From positions 2,080,001 to 2,144,000 of the forward strand of contig OY970218.1 in NCBI GenBank assembly GCA_963713975.1: a stretch of DNA of 64,000 nt, written 5' to 3'. The notes beneath the pieces are model-generated. The model ran no database searches, was not told the DNA's origin, and saw only the letters and a program-made list of their open reading frames with translations. Source of the DNA: an uncultured Chloroflexia bacterium (GTDB lineage: Bacteria > Chloroflexota > Limnocylindria > Limnocylindrales > CSP1-4). Numbering within the stretch: the stretch's first letter is position 1; each line of letters starts with the position of its first letter. Shown one piece after another: positions 46,039-60,571 of the stretch. Both the position numbers and the translations under genes were made by a program.

Positions 46039-48066
46039 ATGCGCCGGCCGCTGGGCTGCATGACCTTCTCGGCGTTGCTCGCCGCCATCGTGACGTTGCT
46101 GGCGATCGCGGCCGCGCTGATGGTGAACGGCGGCTCGATGTTCAGCCCGGGCGACCTTGCCGCCACATCGCAGGGCGCCGGAACGCTGGTTGCCGCGCAC
46201 GGCGGGGTCTCCTCGCACGCAGAAATCGAGGGCCGCTGCGAGGCATGCCATGTCGCCGTCTGGTCCGGGCAGACGATGGGCGACCGCTGCCTGGCCTGCC
46301 ACACGGACGTCGGCCAGCAGGCTGCCACCCGTACCGGTCTGCACGGACGGCTCGACGCGAGCGCGGCAACCTGCCTGCGTTGCCACACCGAGCACAACGG
46401 GGCGACAGCATCCACCACCCTCGCCGACCCGGCCGTCTTCCCGCACGACGAGACGCCCTTCGCCCTGACCGCCCACCAGCAGCCGGCCGTCGCCACCACA
46501 CTGGGTTGCCGCGCGTGCCACCCGGCGTCGCCAAGGACCTATACCGCACCCACCTGCATCGGCTGCCACCAGCAGCTGGACAACGCCGCGATGACGACGC
46601 ACGTGGACACCTACGGCCAGGCCTGTTTGAACTGCCATGACGGCAAGGAAACCTACGGCCGGTCGTTCAAGCACACGGCGTACCCGCTGGCCGGGAAGCA
46701 CGAGGGGACGGGCTGCGCGTCCTGCCACCAGGGCTCGACCACGATCGCCGCCCTCCGTTCGACGTCCACGGTGTGCTCCACGTGTCACCAGCAGGACGAC
46801 ATCCACCAGGGCCGCCTCGGCGAACAGTGTGGCTCGTGCCACACCCCCGCGGGCTGGGAGGGGGCGACCCTGGACCACAACGTCCAGACCAGGTTCGCGC
46901 TCACCGGCAAGCACGCTGGCGCGACCTGCGAGTCGTGTCACACGGGCCGCCGGTGGACGGGCATCGGCACCACGTGCGCCGCCTGCCACGCGAAGGACGA
47001 CCCGCACAAGGGACAGTTCAAGGGCGATTGCGCAAGCTGCCACGCTGCCAGTGGCTGGACGGACGTGACGTTCGACCACTCCACCACCTCGTTCCAGCTC
47101 GCCAGTGCCCACGCCACCGTTGCCTGCAGTTCGTGCCACAAGGACGACACGTTCGCGGGCACGTCCACCACATGCGTCTCCTGCCACGCGCCGAAGGACA
47201 CGCACGACGGTGCGCTCGGCCGGAACTGTGAGGCATGCCACAAGGCGACCACCTGGTCGGATGCGTCGTTCAACCACGCCACCACGGCGTTCAAGCTGAC
47301 TGGCGCCCACGCCGGCGCCACCTGCGGGCAGTGCCACACGAGCGGCCCACCGTCGTCGACCTCTACGGCCTGTGCCTCGTGCCACGGTCGCCCGGCCTCG
47401 CACGACAGCCACTTCGGCGGCAGCTGCGGATCGTGCCATACCTCCAAGGCGTGGAGGCCGGCTGCGTTCGACCACGCGAGGACGACCTACAAGCTGACTG
47501 GCATGCACCTGAGCGCGACCTGCCAGAAGTGCCACAAGTCACCGTCGACGTTCGCGGGCGCCCCCACCTCGTGCGCGGCCTGCCACACGAAGCCGGCCTC
47601 ACACACCGCGGCCTTCGGCTCCAGCTGCTCTACCTGCCACTCCACGAAGCGATGGCAGCCGGCCACGTTCGACCACGCCCGGACCGACTTCAAGCTCACC
47701 GGCGCGCACATCGGCATCTCGTGCGCGAAGTGCCACAAGGGGTCGAAGTTCACGGGGCTGCCGACGACGTGCGTAAGCTGCCACGCGAAGCCCGGATCGC
47801 ACCCGAGCTCCTACAGCACCACGTGCACGCAGTGCCACACGACGAAGGCATGGCTGCCGATCGCATACACCGGGCCACACACGTTCCCGATGACCCACCA
47901 CGGGGCCGACGGGAAGTGCGCGACCTGCCACACGTCGACGCTCGCGTCGTACACCTGCAGCAAGTGCCACTCGAACTCGTCGATGACCTCGCACCACAAG
48001 GAGGTCTCCGGGTTCTCGCTGACGACCTGCGCGAAGTGCCACCCGAAGGGCAAGAGCGGCGACTAG
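46039..48066 (+). CDS. Membrane-anchored multiheme cytochrome c, 27 CxxCH motifs
   Basis: N-terminal hydrophobic segment; 27 CxxCH counted by hand, in triheme repeats (FDH...F.LTG.H...CxxCH). Confidence 0.92.
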   Translation: MRRPLGCMTFSALLAAIVTLLAIAAALMVNGGSMFSPGDLAATSQGAGTLVAAHGGVSSHAEIEGRCEACHVAVWSGQTMGDRCLACHTDVGQQAATRTGLHGRLDASAATCLRCHTEHNGATASTTLADPAVFPHDETPFALTAHQQPAVATTLGCRACHPASPRTYTAPTCIGCHQQLDNAAMTTHVDTYGQACLNCHDGKETYGRSFKHTAYPLAGKHEGTGCASCHQGSTTIAALRSTSTVCSTCHQQDDIHQGRLGEQCGSCHTPAGWEGATLDHNVQTRFALTGKHAGATCESCHTGRRWTGIGTTCAACHAKDDPHKGQFKGDCASCHAASGWTDVTFDHSTTSFQLASAHATVACSSCHKDDTFAGTSTTCVSCHAPKDTHDGALGRNCEACHKATTWSDASFNHATTAFKLTGAHAGATCGQCHTSGPPSSTSTACASCHGRPASHDSHFGGSCGSCHTSKAWRPAAFDHARTTYKLTGMHLSATCQKCHKSPSTFAGAPTSCAACHTKPASHTAAFGSSCSTCHSTKRWQPATFDHARTDFKLTGAHIGISCAKCHKGSKFTGLPTTCVSCHAKPGSHPSSYSTTCTQCHTTKAWLPIAYTGPHTFPMTHHGADGKCATCHTSTLASYTCSKCHSNSSMTSHHKEVSGFSLTTCAKCHPKGKSGD

Positions 48067-48073
48067 AGACCGG

Positions 48074-51929
<3,856 letters not shown>

Positions 51930-51992
51930 CCTGCGATCTCCTCCGTCCGGGACCCGTGGGCCCGCTTCCTGCTCAGGGCCACTCGGCCGAAC

Positions 51993-53072
51993 CTACTTGT
52001 CCACTCCCGTGACCACGACGCCCCGCATGAACGCCCGCTGGGCGAGGAAGAAGATCACCACCGGCACGATCATGGCCAGCACCGCCGAGGCCTGGATCAG
52101 CGTCGGCTGGCTCGCATACAGCGCGTTGTACTGCTGGATCCCGATTGACAGCGGCTGCAGCTCCGGCTTGTTGGCCAGGTACAGCAACGGGACGAAGAAG
52201 TCGTTCCAGGCCCAGAAGAAGTGGAACAGGGTGACGGCCGTGATCGCGGGGATGGACTGGGGGATGATGATGCTGCGCAGGATCCTGAACGGGCCTGCCC
52301 CGTCGATCATCGCCGACTCGTCCATCTCGCGCGGGATCGTCATGAAGTACTGGCGCAGCAGGAACACGTTGAAGGCGTTGGCGAAGAAGTGGGGGACGAT
52401 CAGCGGCAGCCACGTCCCGTTCCAGCCGAGCCACGAGAAGATCACATAGGTCGGCAGGAGGGTGACCTGGTTGGGCAGGATGATGGTGCCCAGCAGGATG
52501 AAGAAGAACAGGTTGCGTCCCGGGAAGCGGAACCGCGCGAACCCGTAGGCCACGAGGATCGACGACAGGACCGCCCCGATCGTGCTGAACAGCGCGATCC
52601 CGAACGTGTTGGTCAGGAGCCTCGGGAAGTTCAGCTGGTTCCAGACCGTCGTGTAGTTCTCCGCCAGGGGCGAGAACGTCCAAGACTGCTCGAGCGTCCG
52701 CCAGCGCCCCTCCCACTCGATCCTGGTTGCGCTCGGATCGGAGGGGTCCACGAAGTCGCTCGACTCCCGGCCCGGCTCGACGAGCATCAGCTCGCGCGCG
52801 GCGCCGTCGATCGTGACCGTGTAGATCGGGTACTCCTCGCCCTCGAAGGTCCCGGTGTTCGGCTTGGCGGGCCACAGCGGCGCCCCGGGCGTCGCGATCT
52901 GGGACGGCTGCTGGAACGAGGTGGTGACCATGTACAGCAGCGGGGACAGGAAGGCACTGACGATGATCACGGCGAACATCGTGAGCATTGCCTTGCCCAG
53001 GTACCGCCGGTAGGTTCGCGCGACCGGGGAGCGGTCGGACCATCGGAGCTCCGGCCGCGACGTCTGCGTCAT
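51993..53072 (-). CDS. Carbohydrate ABC transporter permease (MalG-like)
   Basis: VAYGFARFRFPGR, FLLRQYF, ESAMIDGA, WNDF. Confidence 0.93.
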   Translation of the reverse strand: MTQTSRPELRWSDRSPVARTYRRYLGKAMLTMFAVIIVSAFLSPLLYMVTTSFQQPSQIATPGAPLWPAKPNTGTFEGEEYPIYTVTIDGAARELMLVEPGRESSDFVDPSDPSATRIEWEGRWRTLEQSWTFSPLAENYTTVWNQLNFPRLLTNTFGIALFSTIGAVLSSILVAYGFARFRFPGRNLFFFILLGTIILPNQVTLLPTYVIFSWLGWNGTWLPLIVPHFFANAFNVFLLRQYFMTIPREMDESAMIDGAGPFRILRSIIIPQSIPAITAVTLFHFFWAWNDFFVPLLYLANKPELQPLSIGIQQYNALYASQPTLIQASAVLAMIVPVVIFFLAQRAFMRGVVVTGVDK

Positions 53073-54028
53073 CGCTCGCCGCCGGCGTAGTAGACGCGCT
53101 TGCGGGAGACGGCGAACAGGGCGACCGTGAGGACCAGGACGATCGCGAACAGGAGCCAGGCGATCGCGGCGCCGTAGCCCATCCGGCTGAACACGAACGC
53201 CTCGCGGAACAGCTCGAGGTTGATGAACAGCGTCGCGTTATTGGGATCACCCCGCCCGTTGGTCAGGGTGTAGGCCTGGGTGAAGTACTGGAACGTCGCG
53301 ATGAGCGTGATCACGAGGTCGTACAACAAGACCGGGGAGATCAGCGGGATCGTGATCCGCCGCAGCTGGGTCCACCAGCCGGCGCCATCGATCCTCGCCG
53401 CCTCGTACAGCTCGGTGGGCACGGACTGCAGGCCGGCGATGTTGATGATCATGAAGTTGCCGACGGCCCACAGACCCATCAGCGTCAGCGCCGGATAGAC
53501 CCAGACCTCGCTCTGGAACCAGTCTGGCCCGGCGAGGCCGATGGTCTCGAGGGCCCGGTTCAACCATCCCGTCTCGGTGTTCAGGAAGCCGGTCCAGACC
53601 ATCGTGCTGGCCACCAGCGGGATCATCATCGGCATGTAGACGAGGGTTCGCAGCGCCCCCTTGCCCGACAGCTTCGGGTGGTTCATGAGGAGGGCGAAGC
53701 CCAGGCTCGCGATCATCGTGGCGGGGATGACGATCAACGCGAACTTGAAGGTCGAGACGAGGGCCTGCCCCACCAGGGGGTCCTTGGTCATCCGGACGTA
53801 GTTGTCCAGGCCGATGAACCGCGTCTGGTCCACGTGGAGCAGGTCGAAGTTCGTCATGGACATCACGAGGGACGCGATGATCGGCCCGGCGGTGAACAGG
53901 GCCAGGCCCAGCAGCCAGGGGCCGATGAAGATGTAGCCCCAGATCGCCTCGCGGGTCGATGGCCGGAGGACCCGATGCGAGCGGCGGGGCGCAGGCGTCG
54001 CGGGCAGCGCCTGGGGCGTATCGGTCAT
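53069..54028 (-). CDS. Carbohydrate ABC transporter permease (MalF-like)
   Basis: FIGLDNY, ELYEAARIDGAG, ITIPLISP, MGYGAAIAW. Confidence 0.93.
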   Translation of the reverse strand: MTDTPQALPATPAPRRSHRVLRPSTREAIWGYIFIGPWLLGLALFTAGPIIASLVMSMTNFDLLHVDQTRFIGLDNYVRMTKDPLVGQALVSTFKFALIVIPATMIASLGFALLMNHPKLSGKGALRTLVYMPMMIPLVASTMVWTGFLNTETGWLNRALETIGLAGPDWFQSEVWVYPALTLMGLWAVGNFMIINIAGLQSVPTELYEAARIDGAGWWTQLRRITIPLISPVLLYDLVITLIATFQYFTQAYTLTNGRGDPNNATLFINLELFREAFVFSRMGYGAAIAWLLFAIVLVLTVALFAVSRKRVYYAGGER

Positions 54029-54129
54029 GGTCGGGTCCGGCTCCACAACAGGCGCGAAGGAGTCTGCGGGCAGGTTTCGGCGTCCCGGGCGAGCGGGAGC
54101 TCCGCCCAGGACGCCGTTGGAGGAGGGGC

Positions 54130-55647
54130 TTACGGGTTGGCGGCGTTGTACTCGTCGAAGATGCCCTGGAGGGTCGTCTGGAGGGTGGCGAGCTCGGCAT
54201 CGATGTCAAGGCCGGGCGTCGTCCGGTACTTGTTGTACACGGCCTTGAGGGCAGACCTGGACTTCTGGTAGTCAGGGATCCAGGACTGGTGGTTGGGCTT
54301 GTCGACATAGCCGAGCATCGCGGCGGGCACGGCCCAGTCGATCTTCGAGTTGGGGTAGTTGGCCTGGACGGAGTCGAAGAAGCCCTGCTGGAGGGCCGGA
54401 TCGGCCGGGAACGCGCCGTAGTTGGTCAGCAGCTCAGGCGACTGGACCAGGGCGGCGACGGCCTTGAAGGCCTCGTCGGGGTTCTTGGTCGAGTTGAGGA
54501 TGCTGAAGGTGTCGGCATGGACCTTGGCCGTCGTGACACCGTTGTAGGACGGGGTCACCGCGACGCCCCAGTTGAAGCTGGGCTTGGCGGGCGCGGCCGG
54601 GTTGATGCAGCACGTGTACCAGGCGTGGGTGTCGACCATCGCGATGTTGCCGGACTGGAAGGGGTTGCCCTTGGCCAGCAGGTCGCTCTGGATCTGCGCC
54701 GACGTCGGGATGAAGTGGTCCTTCCAGACGCCGTCGTTGAACCACTTGAGGCCCGTCTTGAACTGGTCCGAGATCTGGGCGGTCTTGCCGTCCGCGGCGA
54801 CCACGGAGCTGGCGCCGAAGATGGTGGCCTCGGTGTCGGAGCGGTCGTCCGCCCACTGCATGTCGAAGCCCCACTGCACGATGTTCTCGGGGTCGAAGTC
54901 GGGGCTCGTGGCGTCGTTGCCGTTCTTGTCGACGGTGAGCTTCATGCCCAGCTCGCGGACGGCCTCCATGTCCCACGGCTTGCCGTTGTACAGCTCGCCG
55001 ACCTTGGTCGGCGGGTACGGCAGCTTGGCCTCATCGAACAGCTTCTGGTTGTAGTAGATGAAGGACGGATAGGTCGCGTACGGCAGGCCGATGGTGGCGC
55101 CGTCCTTGCCCATGTCGAAGAAGTTGACCAGCGCCGGGTCGAACTTGGTCATGTCGAAGTTCTGCGAGGCGATCAGGGACTTCACGTCGAGCAGGTTGTC
55201 GCGGAAGATGTTGAGGCCTTCCACGCCGACCGGGCCGATGATGTCCGGCGGGTTGCCGGCCGCGATCTGGATCTGGAGCTGCTGCGCGGCGACGCTGTTG
55301 TCGTAGATCTCCGGCGTGAGGTAGATGTCCGCCTGCGCGGCGTTGAAGTCCGCGGCGAACTTCTGCTCGGCGGCGATCTGCTCGGGCTTGCCGCCGCCAC
55401 CGAGACCGATGAACCAGCGAACAACCTTGCCGCCGTTGGGGCCGACGGACGTGGCGATCGGCTCCGGGGTGATGGCGACCAGGGACGGTGCCTCGGTGGG
55501 GGCAGGAGCCTCCGTGGCGACCGGGGCTGCACTCGCGGCCGCGCTTGGGGCGGTGGTCGCGGTCGAGCTCCCGCAGGCTGCCGCCACGATCGCGACGATC
55601 CCTGCGGCCACCATCACGGCCCGAGGGCCGGAACGAGAACGGATCAT
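54130..55647 (-). CDS. Sugar ABC transporter substrate-binding lipoprotein
   Basis: AGGAG RBS, lipobox AAAC, IAAGNPPDI, YYNQKLFDEA. Confidence 0.92.
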   Translation of the reverse strand: MIRSRSGPRAVMVAAGIVAIVAAACGSSTATTAPSAAASAAPVATEAPAPTEAPSLVAITPEPIATSVGPNGGKVVRWFIGLGGGGKPEQIAAEQKFAADFNAAQADIYLTPEIYDNSVAAQQLQIQIAAGNPPDIIGPVGVEGLNIFRDNLLDVKSLIASQNFDMTKFDPALVNFFDMGKDGATIGLPYATYPSFIYYNQKLFDEAKLPYPPTKVGELYNGKPWDMEAVRELGMKLTVDKNGNDATSPDFDPENIVQWGFDMQWADDRSDTEATIFGASSVVAADGKTAQISDQFKTGLKWFNDGVWKDHFIPTSAQIQSDLLAKGNPFQSGNIAMVDTHAWYTCCINPAAPAKPSFNWGVAVTPSYNGVTTAKVHADTFSILNSTKNPDEAFKAVAALVQSPELLTNYGAFPADPALQQGFFDSVQANYPNSKIDWAVPAAMLGYVDKPNHQSWIPDYQKSRSALKAVYNKYRTTPGLDIDAELATLQTTLQGIFDEYNAANP

Positions 55648-55756
55648 CCTGGAATCTCCTCCTGTACGAGCTCTGGTGAGCTCCTCTTCGTGGGGACGAG
55701 AGCAAGGCTGGGGCGCCGAGGCCCGGTGCTGCGGCGTCCGCCGGTTGCCGGCCGAC

Positions 55757-56821
55757 TCAGGGCGACCGCCTCCCGGCACTCGACGCGCGCCGAATGAGCT
55801 GGGTGGACAGGATCACGCGCCGGGGCACGGGATCCGTCGCGTCGAGCGACTCGACGAGCAGGCGGGCCATCTCGTGGCCCATCTCCTCGATGGGTTGGCG
55901 AACGCTGGTGAGGTGAGGCGTGGTGGACATGGCGATCGCGATGTCGTCGAAGCCGACGACCGCGACGTCGGCCGGGACCCGCCGGCCCGATGCCGTGATC
56001 ACGGCCATGGCGCTGGCGGCCATCAGGTCCGAAGCCGCGAAGACGGCGTCGATGTCCGGGCGGGTCGCCAGCAGGCGTTCCATGGCCGCGGCGCTGCCCT
56101 CCTGGGTGAACCCGCCCAAGGCCTCCAGGGTGCCCTCCAGCGTCAGGCCGCCCTCGGAGAGGGCGTCGCGGTAGCCCTTGAGGCGGTCGAAGCCCGGGGC
56201 CGTGTCGAGGGGCCCGGTGATCGTGGCGATGACCCGCCGTCCGGAGGAGATCAGGTGCGCGACGGCCGCCTGGGCGCCCTGCCGGTTGTCGGCATCCACG
56301 AAGCTGGCCTGTGACCCATGCGGGGGCCGCCCGACCATCACGATCGGAACGCCCGCGGCCGCCAGGCGGGCCGGGAGGGGGTCGTTCTCGTGGAGGCTGA
56401 CCAGGAGGGCCCCGTCCACGTGGCCGGCGGTCAGGTAGTCCACGGCGCGGCGCTCATCGGCCGGCGATTCAGGCATCAGCAGGACGAGCTGGCGGTCGCT
56501 GGCCGCGAGCGCGGAGCTGATGCCGCGCAGCAGGCGCGGGAAGAACGGGTCCGCGAACACCTGGCCGGTGGGCTGGGTGATGACCACCGCGACCGAGTCG
56601 CTGCGCTTGGTCACGAGGCTTCGGGCGGCTCGATTGGGCGTGTAGCCGAGCTGCTCGATGGCGGCCTGGACGCTGAGCCTCACGTCCGGGCTCACCCGCG
56701 GGGAGTCGTTCACGACGCGCGAGACGGTCGCGCGGGAGACGCCCGCGACCTGGGCGACCTCCTCCAGCGTGGCATTGCCGGGTCGAGTGCGACCGTTGAG
56801 CTGTGGCACCTGCCGCTCCAT
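55757..56821 (-). CDS. LacI family regulator (CelR/CebR-like)
   Basis: TLEEVA..AGVSRATVSRVVN, LGYTPNRAARSL, VAVVGFDD, LTSVRQP. Confidence 0.94.
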   Translation of the reverse strand: MERQVPQLNGRTRPGNATLEEVAQVAGVSRATVSRVVNDSPRVSPDVRLSVQAAIEQLGYTPNRAARSLVTKRSDSVAVVITQPTGQVFADPFFPRLLRGISSALAASDRQLVLLMPESPADERRAVDYLTAGHVDGALLVSLHENDPLPARLAAAGVPIVMVGRPPHGSQASFVDADNRQGAQAAVAHLISSGRRVIATITGPLDTAPGFDRLKGYRDALSEGGLTLEGTLEALGGFTQEGSAAAMERLLATRPDIDAVFAASDLMAASAMAVITASGRRVPADVAVVGFDDIAIAMSTTPHLTSVRQPIEEMGHEMARLLVESLDATDPVPRRVILSTQLIRRASSAGRRSP

Positions 56822-56826
56822 GCATG

Positions 56827-56887
56827 GTGAGAGCGCTCTCACGCTTGATGTGCACTCTAACAGCACGTGTCAAGAGAGCGCTCTCAC
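56827..56887. promoter_or_regulatory. Two LacI-type palindromic operators with a TTGACA between them
   Basis: GTGAGAGCGCTCTCAC (56827-56842, perfect 16-mer) and GAGAGCGCTCTC (56874-56885); TTGACA on the minus strand at 56873-56868. Confidence 0.85.
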
Positions 56888-56950
56888 GGTGTGCGGCGGC
56901 AATCCGGTCGCGTTCGAGGGCCCTCGCCGCGCTCTGGGAGAGGAGTGCCT

Positions 56951-57928
56951 CTAGCGGCGGGTCGCCGGATCCTCCCCGGTCATCTCCACCACCGCGTCCC
57001 ACAGCGCGACCCGGTCGGCGGCGGACAGCCGCGTCGCCGGCACCCGGTCGAACGGGCGCGCCCGACGGTCCAGGAACAGCCGCCCGGTGACGCGACCTGC
57101 TCCGGGCGAGGCTGCGAGCCACAGGATCGTGTCCACGCCTTCCGCCGCAGTCCGCAGCTGGCCGCCCACGAGCTTCGCGAAGCCCGGTAGTGACGCCTCG
57201 AGCCCGGGCGTGTTCGCCCAGCCGGGGTGCATGGCATTGGCGACGACACCGGCCCCGCGCAGCCGCCGCGCCCACTCGCGGATGAGCGCCACCTGGGCCC
57301 GCTTGGCCCGCGCATAGGCCCCGGCCCCGTTGTAGGTGCCACGCTCGTAGGCCAGGTCGTCGAGGGGGAGCGCCTGCGTGTACATCCCACCCGACGTGAC
57401 GGCGATCAGCCGCCCGTCGGGGCTCTCGGCCAGCCGCGGCATGAGCCGGGATGCCAGCACGAACGGCCCGAGGACCATGATCGCGAAGGTGCGCTCGAAC
57501 CCCTCGTCGGTGACCTGACGCTCGGGGATCATGGCGCCTGCGTTGTCCACGATCACGTCGATCCGCGGCTCGCGCTCCAGGATCTCGTCGGCGGCGGCCC
57601 GGACGGAGGCCAGCGACCCCATGTCGGCCACGACGCTGATCGCGTCGAGCGCGGGCACCTCGGTGAGCAGCTCCGTCCGGGTCCGCTCGAGGCGGCCGGC
57701 ATCGCGGCCAACCAGGACCAGGCGGGCGCCCATGCGCGCGAGCGAGCCCGCGGCCGCCCGCCCCAAGCCGGACGTTGCGCCCGTGAGCACCACGGTGCGC
57801 CCGGTCATCGGGTAGGTCTCCACGTCGGGCCAGCGGTGCAGGCGCTTGCGCAGGCGGAAGCCGATTCGGGTGAAGGAGGGGACGATGAGCACTTCCGCGA
57901 GGTCGTCGAGCAGGTAGCGTGTGTTCAT
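56951..57928 (-). CDS. SDR family oxidoreductase (DHRS12-like)
   Basis: [32 protein letters not shown]. Confidence 0.9.
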   Translation of the reverse strand: MNTRYLLDDLAEVLIVPSFTRIGFRLRKRLHRWPDVETYPMTGRTVVLTGATSGLGRAAAGSLARMGARLVLVGRDAGRLERTRTELLTEVPALDAISVVADMGSLASVRAAADEILEREPRIDVIVDNAGAMIPERQVTDEGFERTFAIMVLGPFVLASRLMPRLAESPDGRLIAVTSGGMYTQALPLDDLAYERGTYNGAGAYARAKRAQVALIREWARRLRGAGVVANAMHPGWANTPGLEASLPGFAKLVGGQLRTAAEGVDTILWLAASPGAGRVTGRLFLDRRARPFDRVPATRLSAADRVALWDAVVEMTGEDPATRR

Positions 57929-58026
57929 AACACCCACATCTTCGTCCGCCGACCCCATCCGGATCGCCTCGGGGCCCGAATTGAGGGCACTGGGTCCCCG
58001 AGCAGGACCCGATGGAGAATCCCGAG

Positions 58027-58479
58027 ATGCCCCGACTGCACGAGACCATCGAGACACGCCTGCCCGCCGAGGACGCTTTCGCGTTCATCGCGGACTTCGC
58101 CAACTCCCAGCACTGGGACCCGGGGGTTGCCACCTCCGAGCGGATCGACGACGGCCCTGTGGGCCTGGGTGCCCGCTACCAGCTGGGCGTCCGGATGCGC
58201 GGCAACGTCGCCCCCATGGAGTACCGGATCACCACCTGGGAGCCGTCCACGCGCGTGGTCCTCACGGGCGAGGGATCGAGCGTCCACGCGGTGGACGAGA
58301 TCCGCTTCGAGCCGATCCCGGACGGCACGCGCATCGACTACACAGCCGACATTCACCTGACTGGCTGGATGCGCCTCGTGGAGCCGTTCGTGGGAGGCTC
58401 CTTCGCCAAGATCGCCAAGGACGCTCTGGGAGGTATGCAGAAAACGCTCGACGAGCGCGCGAAGTCGGCCCCTCGATGA
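58027..58479 (+). CDS. SRPBCC family protein
   Basis: FAFIADF.N..HWDPG; ATGA overlap with the next gene. Confidence 0.85.
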   Translation: MPRLHETIETRLPAEDAFAFIADFANSQHWDPGVATSERIDDGPVGLGARYQLGVRMRGNVAPMEYRITTWEPSTRVVLTGEGSSVHAVDEIRFEPIPDGTRIDYTADIHLTGWMRLVEPFVGGSFAKIAKDALGGMQKTLDERAKSAPR

Positions 58480-59753
58480 GGGTCGCCGTTGTCGGTTCGG
58501 GCGTCAGCGGCCTGTCCGCGACCTGGGCTCTCCAGCAGGGCGGCCACCGGGTCGCCCTGTACGAGCGGGACGCAGATCCCGGTGGGCACGTCGCCACGGT
58601 CGCCGTGAACACCCCGGCGGGCGCGTTCAACGTGGACACCGGGTTCATCGTCTACAACGAGCCCACCTACCCCAACCTCGTGCACTTGTTTGAGGAGCTG
58701 GGCGTGGAGACGCAGCCCAGCAACATGTCGTTCGCGTCGTCCTGCAAGGCCTGCGACGTGGAGTTCGGGTCCCGAGGCGCGGGCGGGTTCTTCGCCCAGC
58801 GCAGTCTCGCGGCCCGCCCTGGCTACCTGCGCATGTTCCCGGACATCCTGCGGTTCTACCGCGATGCCCGGAAGATCCTTGACACCCCGGCGCCCACGGG
58901 CATGACGCTGGGCGCGTACCTGGCGGACCGGAGGTTCGGCACCTCGTTCCGGGACCACTTCCTGGTGCCCATCACCGCGGCAGTGTGGTCCACGGCGCCC
59001 GGGCTCACTCTGGACTACCCCGTCGACTACCTACTCCGGTTCCTGGACAACCACGGCCTGATCGGCCTGGGCCAGGCACACCCGTGGCGGACCGTGACGG
59101 GTGGGTCCCGTGCCTACGTGGAGAAGCTGCTGGCGCAGCTGCCGGACAACGCGATGCGGGCGGGCTCGCCGGTCGTGGGCGTGACGCGGGACCATGCCGG
59201 CGTGACGGTGCGGACGCTGGACCGCGGCCCCGAGCGCTTCGACGCCCTGGTCATGGCGGCCCATGCGGACGATGCCCTGGCGGCGCTCGCCGACGCTGAC
59301 GGCGCGGAGCGGTCCGCCCTGGGCGGCTTCGAGTACAACCGCAACGAGGTGGTGCTCCACACGGACGAGCGTGTCATGCCCCGGCGGCGTGGTGCCTGGT
59401 CGTCGTGGAACGTGGACCAGGCGGCGTGCAATCCGCCCGGCGCAGCCGTCACCATGACGTACCACATGAACCGTCTCCAGGCCCTCCCGGGCCCCACCCA
59501 GTACTTCACCTCGGTCAATCCGGGCGACGCGGTCCGCGACGACCGGGTCATCCTGGCCCGCGAGTTCACGCACCCGCTGTACACCTTCCGCTCGCTCGAG
59601 TCCCAGGCGGCGATCCGCGACCTCCAGGGCCACCGGTCCACCTGGTACGCCGGCGCCCACCTGGGCTACGGGTTCCACGAGGACGGCTGCCGGTCCGGGT
59701 TCGAGGCCGCCGCGCTCATCTCCTCGGTCAAGCCCCAGGAGCGTGCGGCATGA
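58476..59753 (+). CDS. FAD-dependent oxidoreductase (amine oxidase-like, UfaD-type)
   Basis: [46 protein letters not shown]. Confidence 0.9.
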   Translation: MRVAVVGSGVSGLSATWALQQGGHRVALYERDADPGGHVATVAVNTPAGAFNVDTGFIVYNEPTYPNLVHLFEELGVETQPSNMSFASSCKACDVEFGSRGAGGFFAQRSLAARPGYLRMFPDILRFYRDARKILDTPAPTGMTLGAYLADRRFGTSFRDHFLVPITAAVWSTAPGLTLDYPVDYLLRFLDNHGLIGLGQAHPWRTVTGGSRAYVEKLLAQLPDNAMRAGSPVVGVTRDHAGVTVRTLDRGPERFDALVMAAHADDALAALADADGAERSALGGFEYNRNEVVLHTDERVMPRRRGAWSSWNVDQAACNPPGAAVTMTYHMNRLQALPGPTQYFTSVNPGDAVRDDRVILAREFTHPLYTFRSLESQAAIRDLQGHRSTWYAGAHLGYGFHEDGCRSGFEAAALISSVKPQERAA

Positions 59754-60571
59754 GATCCCACCTGCTGGAGGGCAAGCTCCGGCATCGCCGGGCGGCGCCC
59801 GTCGAGTACACGCTGGAGCACAACGTCTTCTACACCGCCCTCGACCTCTCGGAGTTGGACGAGGTGTCCCGCTCGATGCGGCTCATCGGGCGCAACCGCC
59901 GCAACGTGCTGGAGTTCCGGGACGCGGACCACTGGCCCACGCCCGCCACGGACCTCCGGGAGACCGTCCTCGCGCACCTGCGCGCGGAGGGCGAGGACCC
60001 CACAGGCTGGCGGATCATGCTGATCACCAACCTGCGGGTCCTGGGCTACGTCTTCAACCCGGCCAGCTTCTACCTGTGCCGGGACGCCACAGGCGAGTTG
60101 CGGGTTGTCATCGTGGAGGTGCACAACACGCACCTGGAGCGACACCTCTACACGCTTCGCCCCGGGGCGCCGGGCCGGCGTTTCGTGGCCTCGATGGACA
60201 AGGACTTCTATGTCTCGCCGTTCATCGACATGGAGGGTCGCTACACGGTGCACGTGTTGGACGACCCGAAGAGCGTGCGGATCGCGATCAACGAGCGGCG
60301 GGGCGATGCACCCGTCATCGGCACCAGCCTCGTGCTGGAACGCAAGCGGCTGAGCGACCGGATGGTGGTTCGGATGCTGTTCCGGCACCCGCTCATGACC
60401 CAGCGGACCATCGCGCTGATCCACGTGCACGCCTGGCGGCTGTGGCGCCGGGGCGTGCGGTTCCAGCGCCACGGCCAGGCAGTCGCCGAGCACGCCGCCG
60501 CGAAGGCCCGGGTGTCTTCCGGTCCAGGGGCACGGCCGCTTGCGCCGGGCACGGGAGCCGTCGGCCGTTGA
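59750..60571 (+). CDS. DUF1365 family protein
   Basis: [40 protein letters not shown]. Confidence 0.9.
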   Translation: MRSHLLEGKLRHRRAAPVEYTLEHNVFYTALDLSELDEVSRSMRLIGRNRRNVLEFRDADHWPTPATDLRETVLAHLRAEGEDPTGWRIMLITNLRVLGYVFNPASFYLCRDATGELRVVIVEVHNTHLERHLYTLRPGAPGRRFVASMDKDFYVSPFIDMEGRYTVHVLDDPKSVRIAINERRGDAPVIGTSLVLERKRLSDRMVVRMLFRHPLMTQRTIALIHVHAWRLWRRGVRFQRHGQAVAEHAAAKARVSSGPGARPLAPGTGAVGR

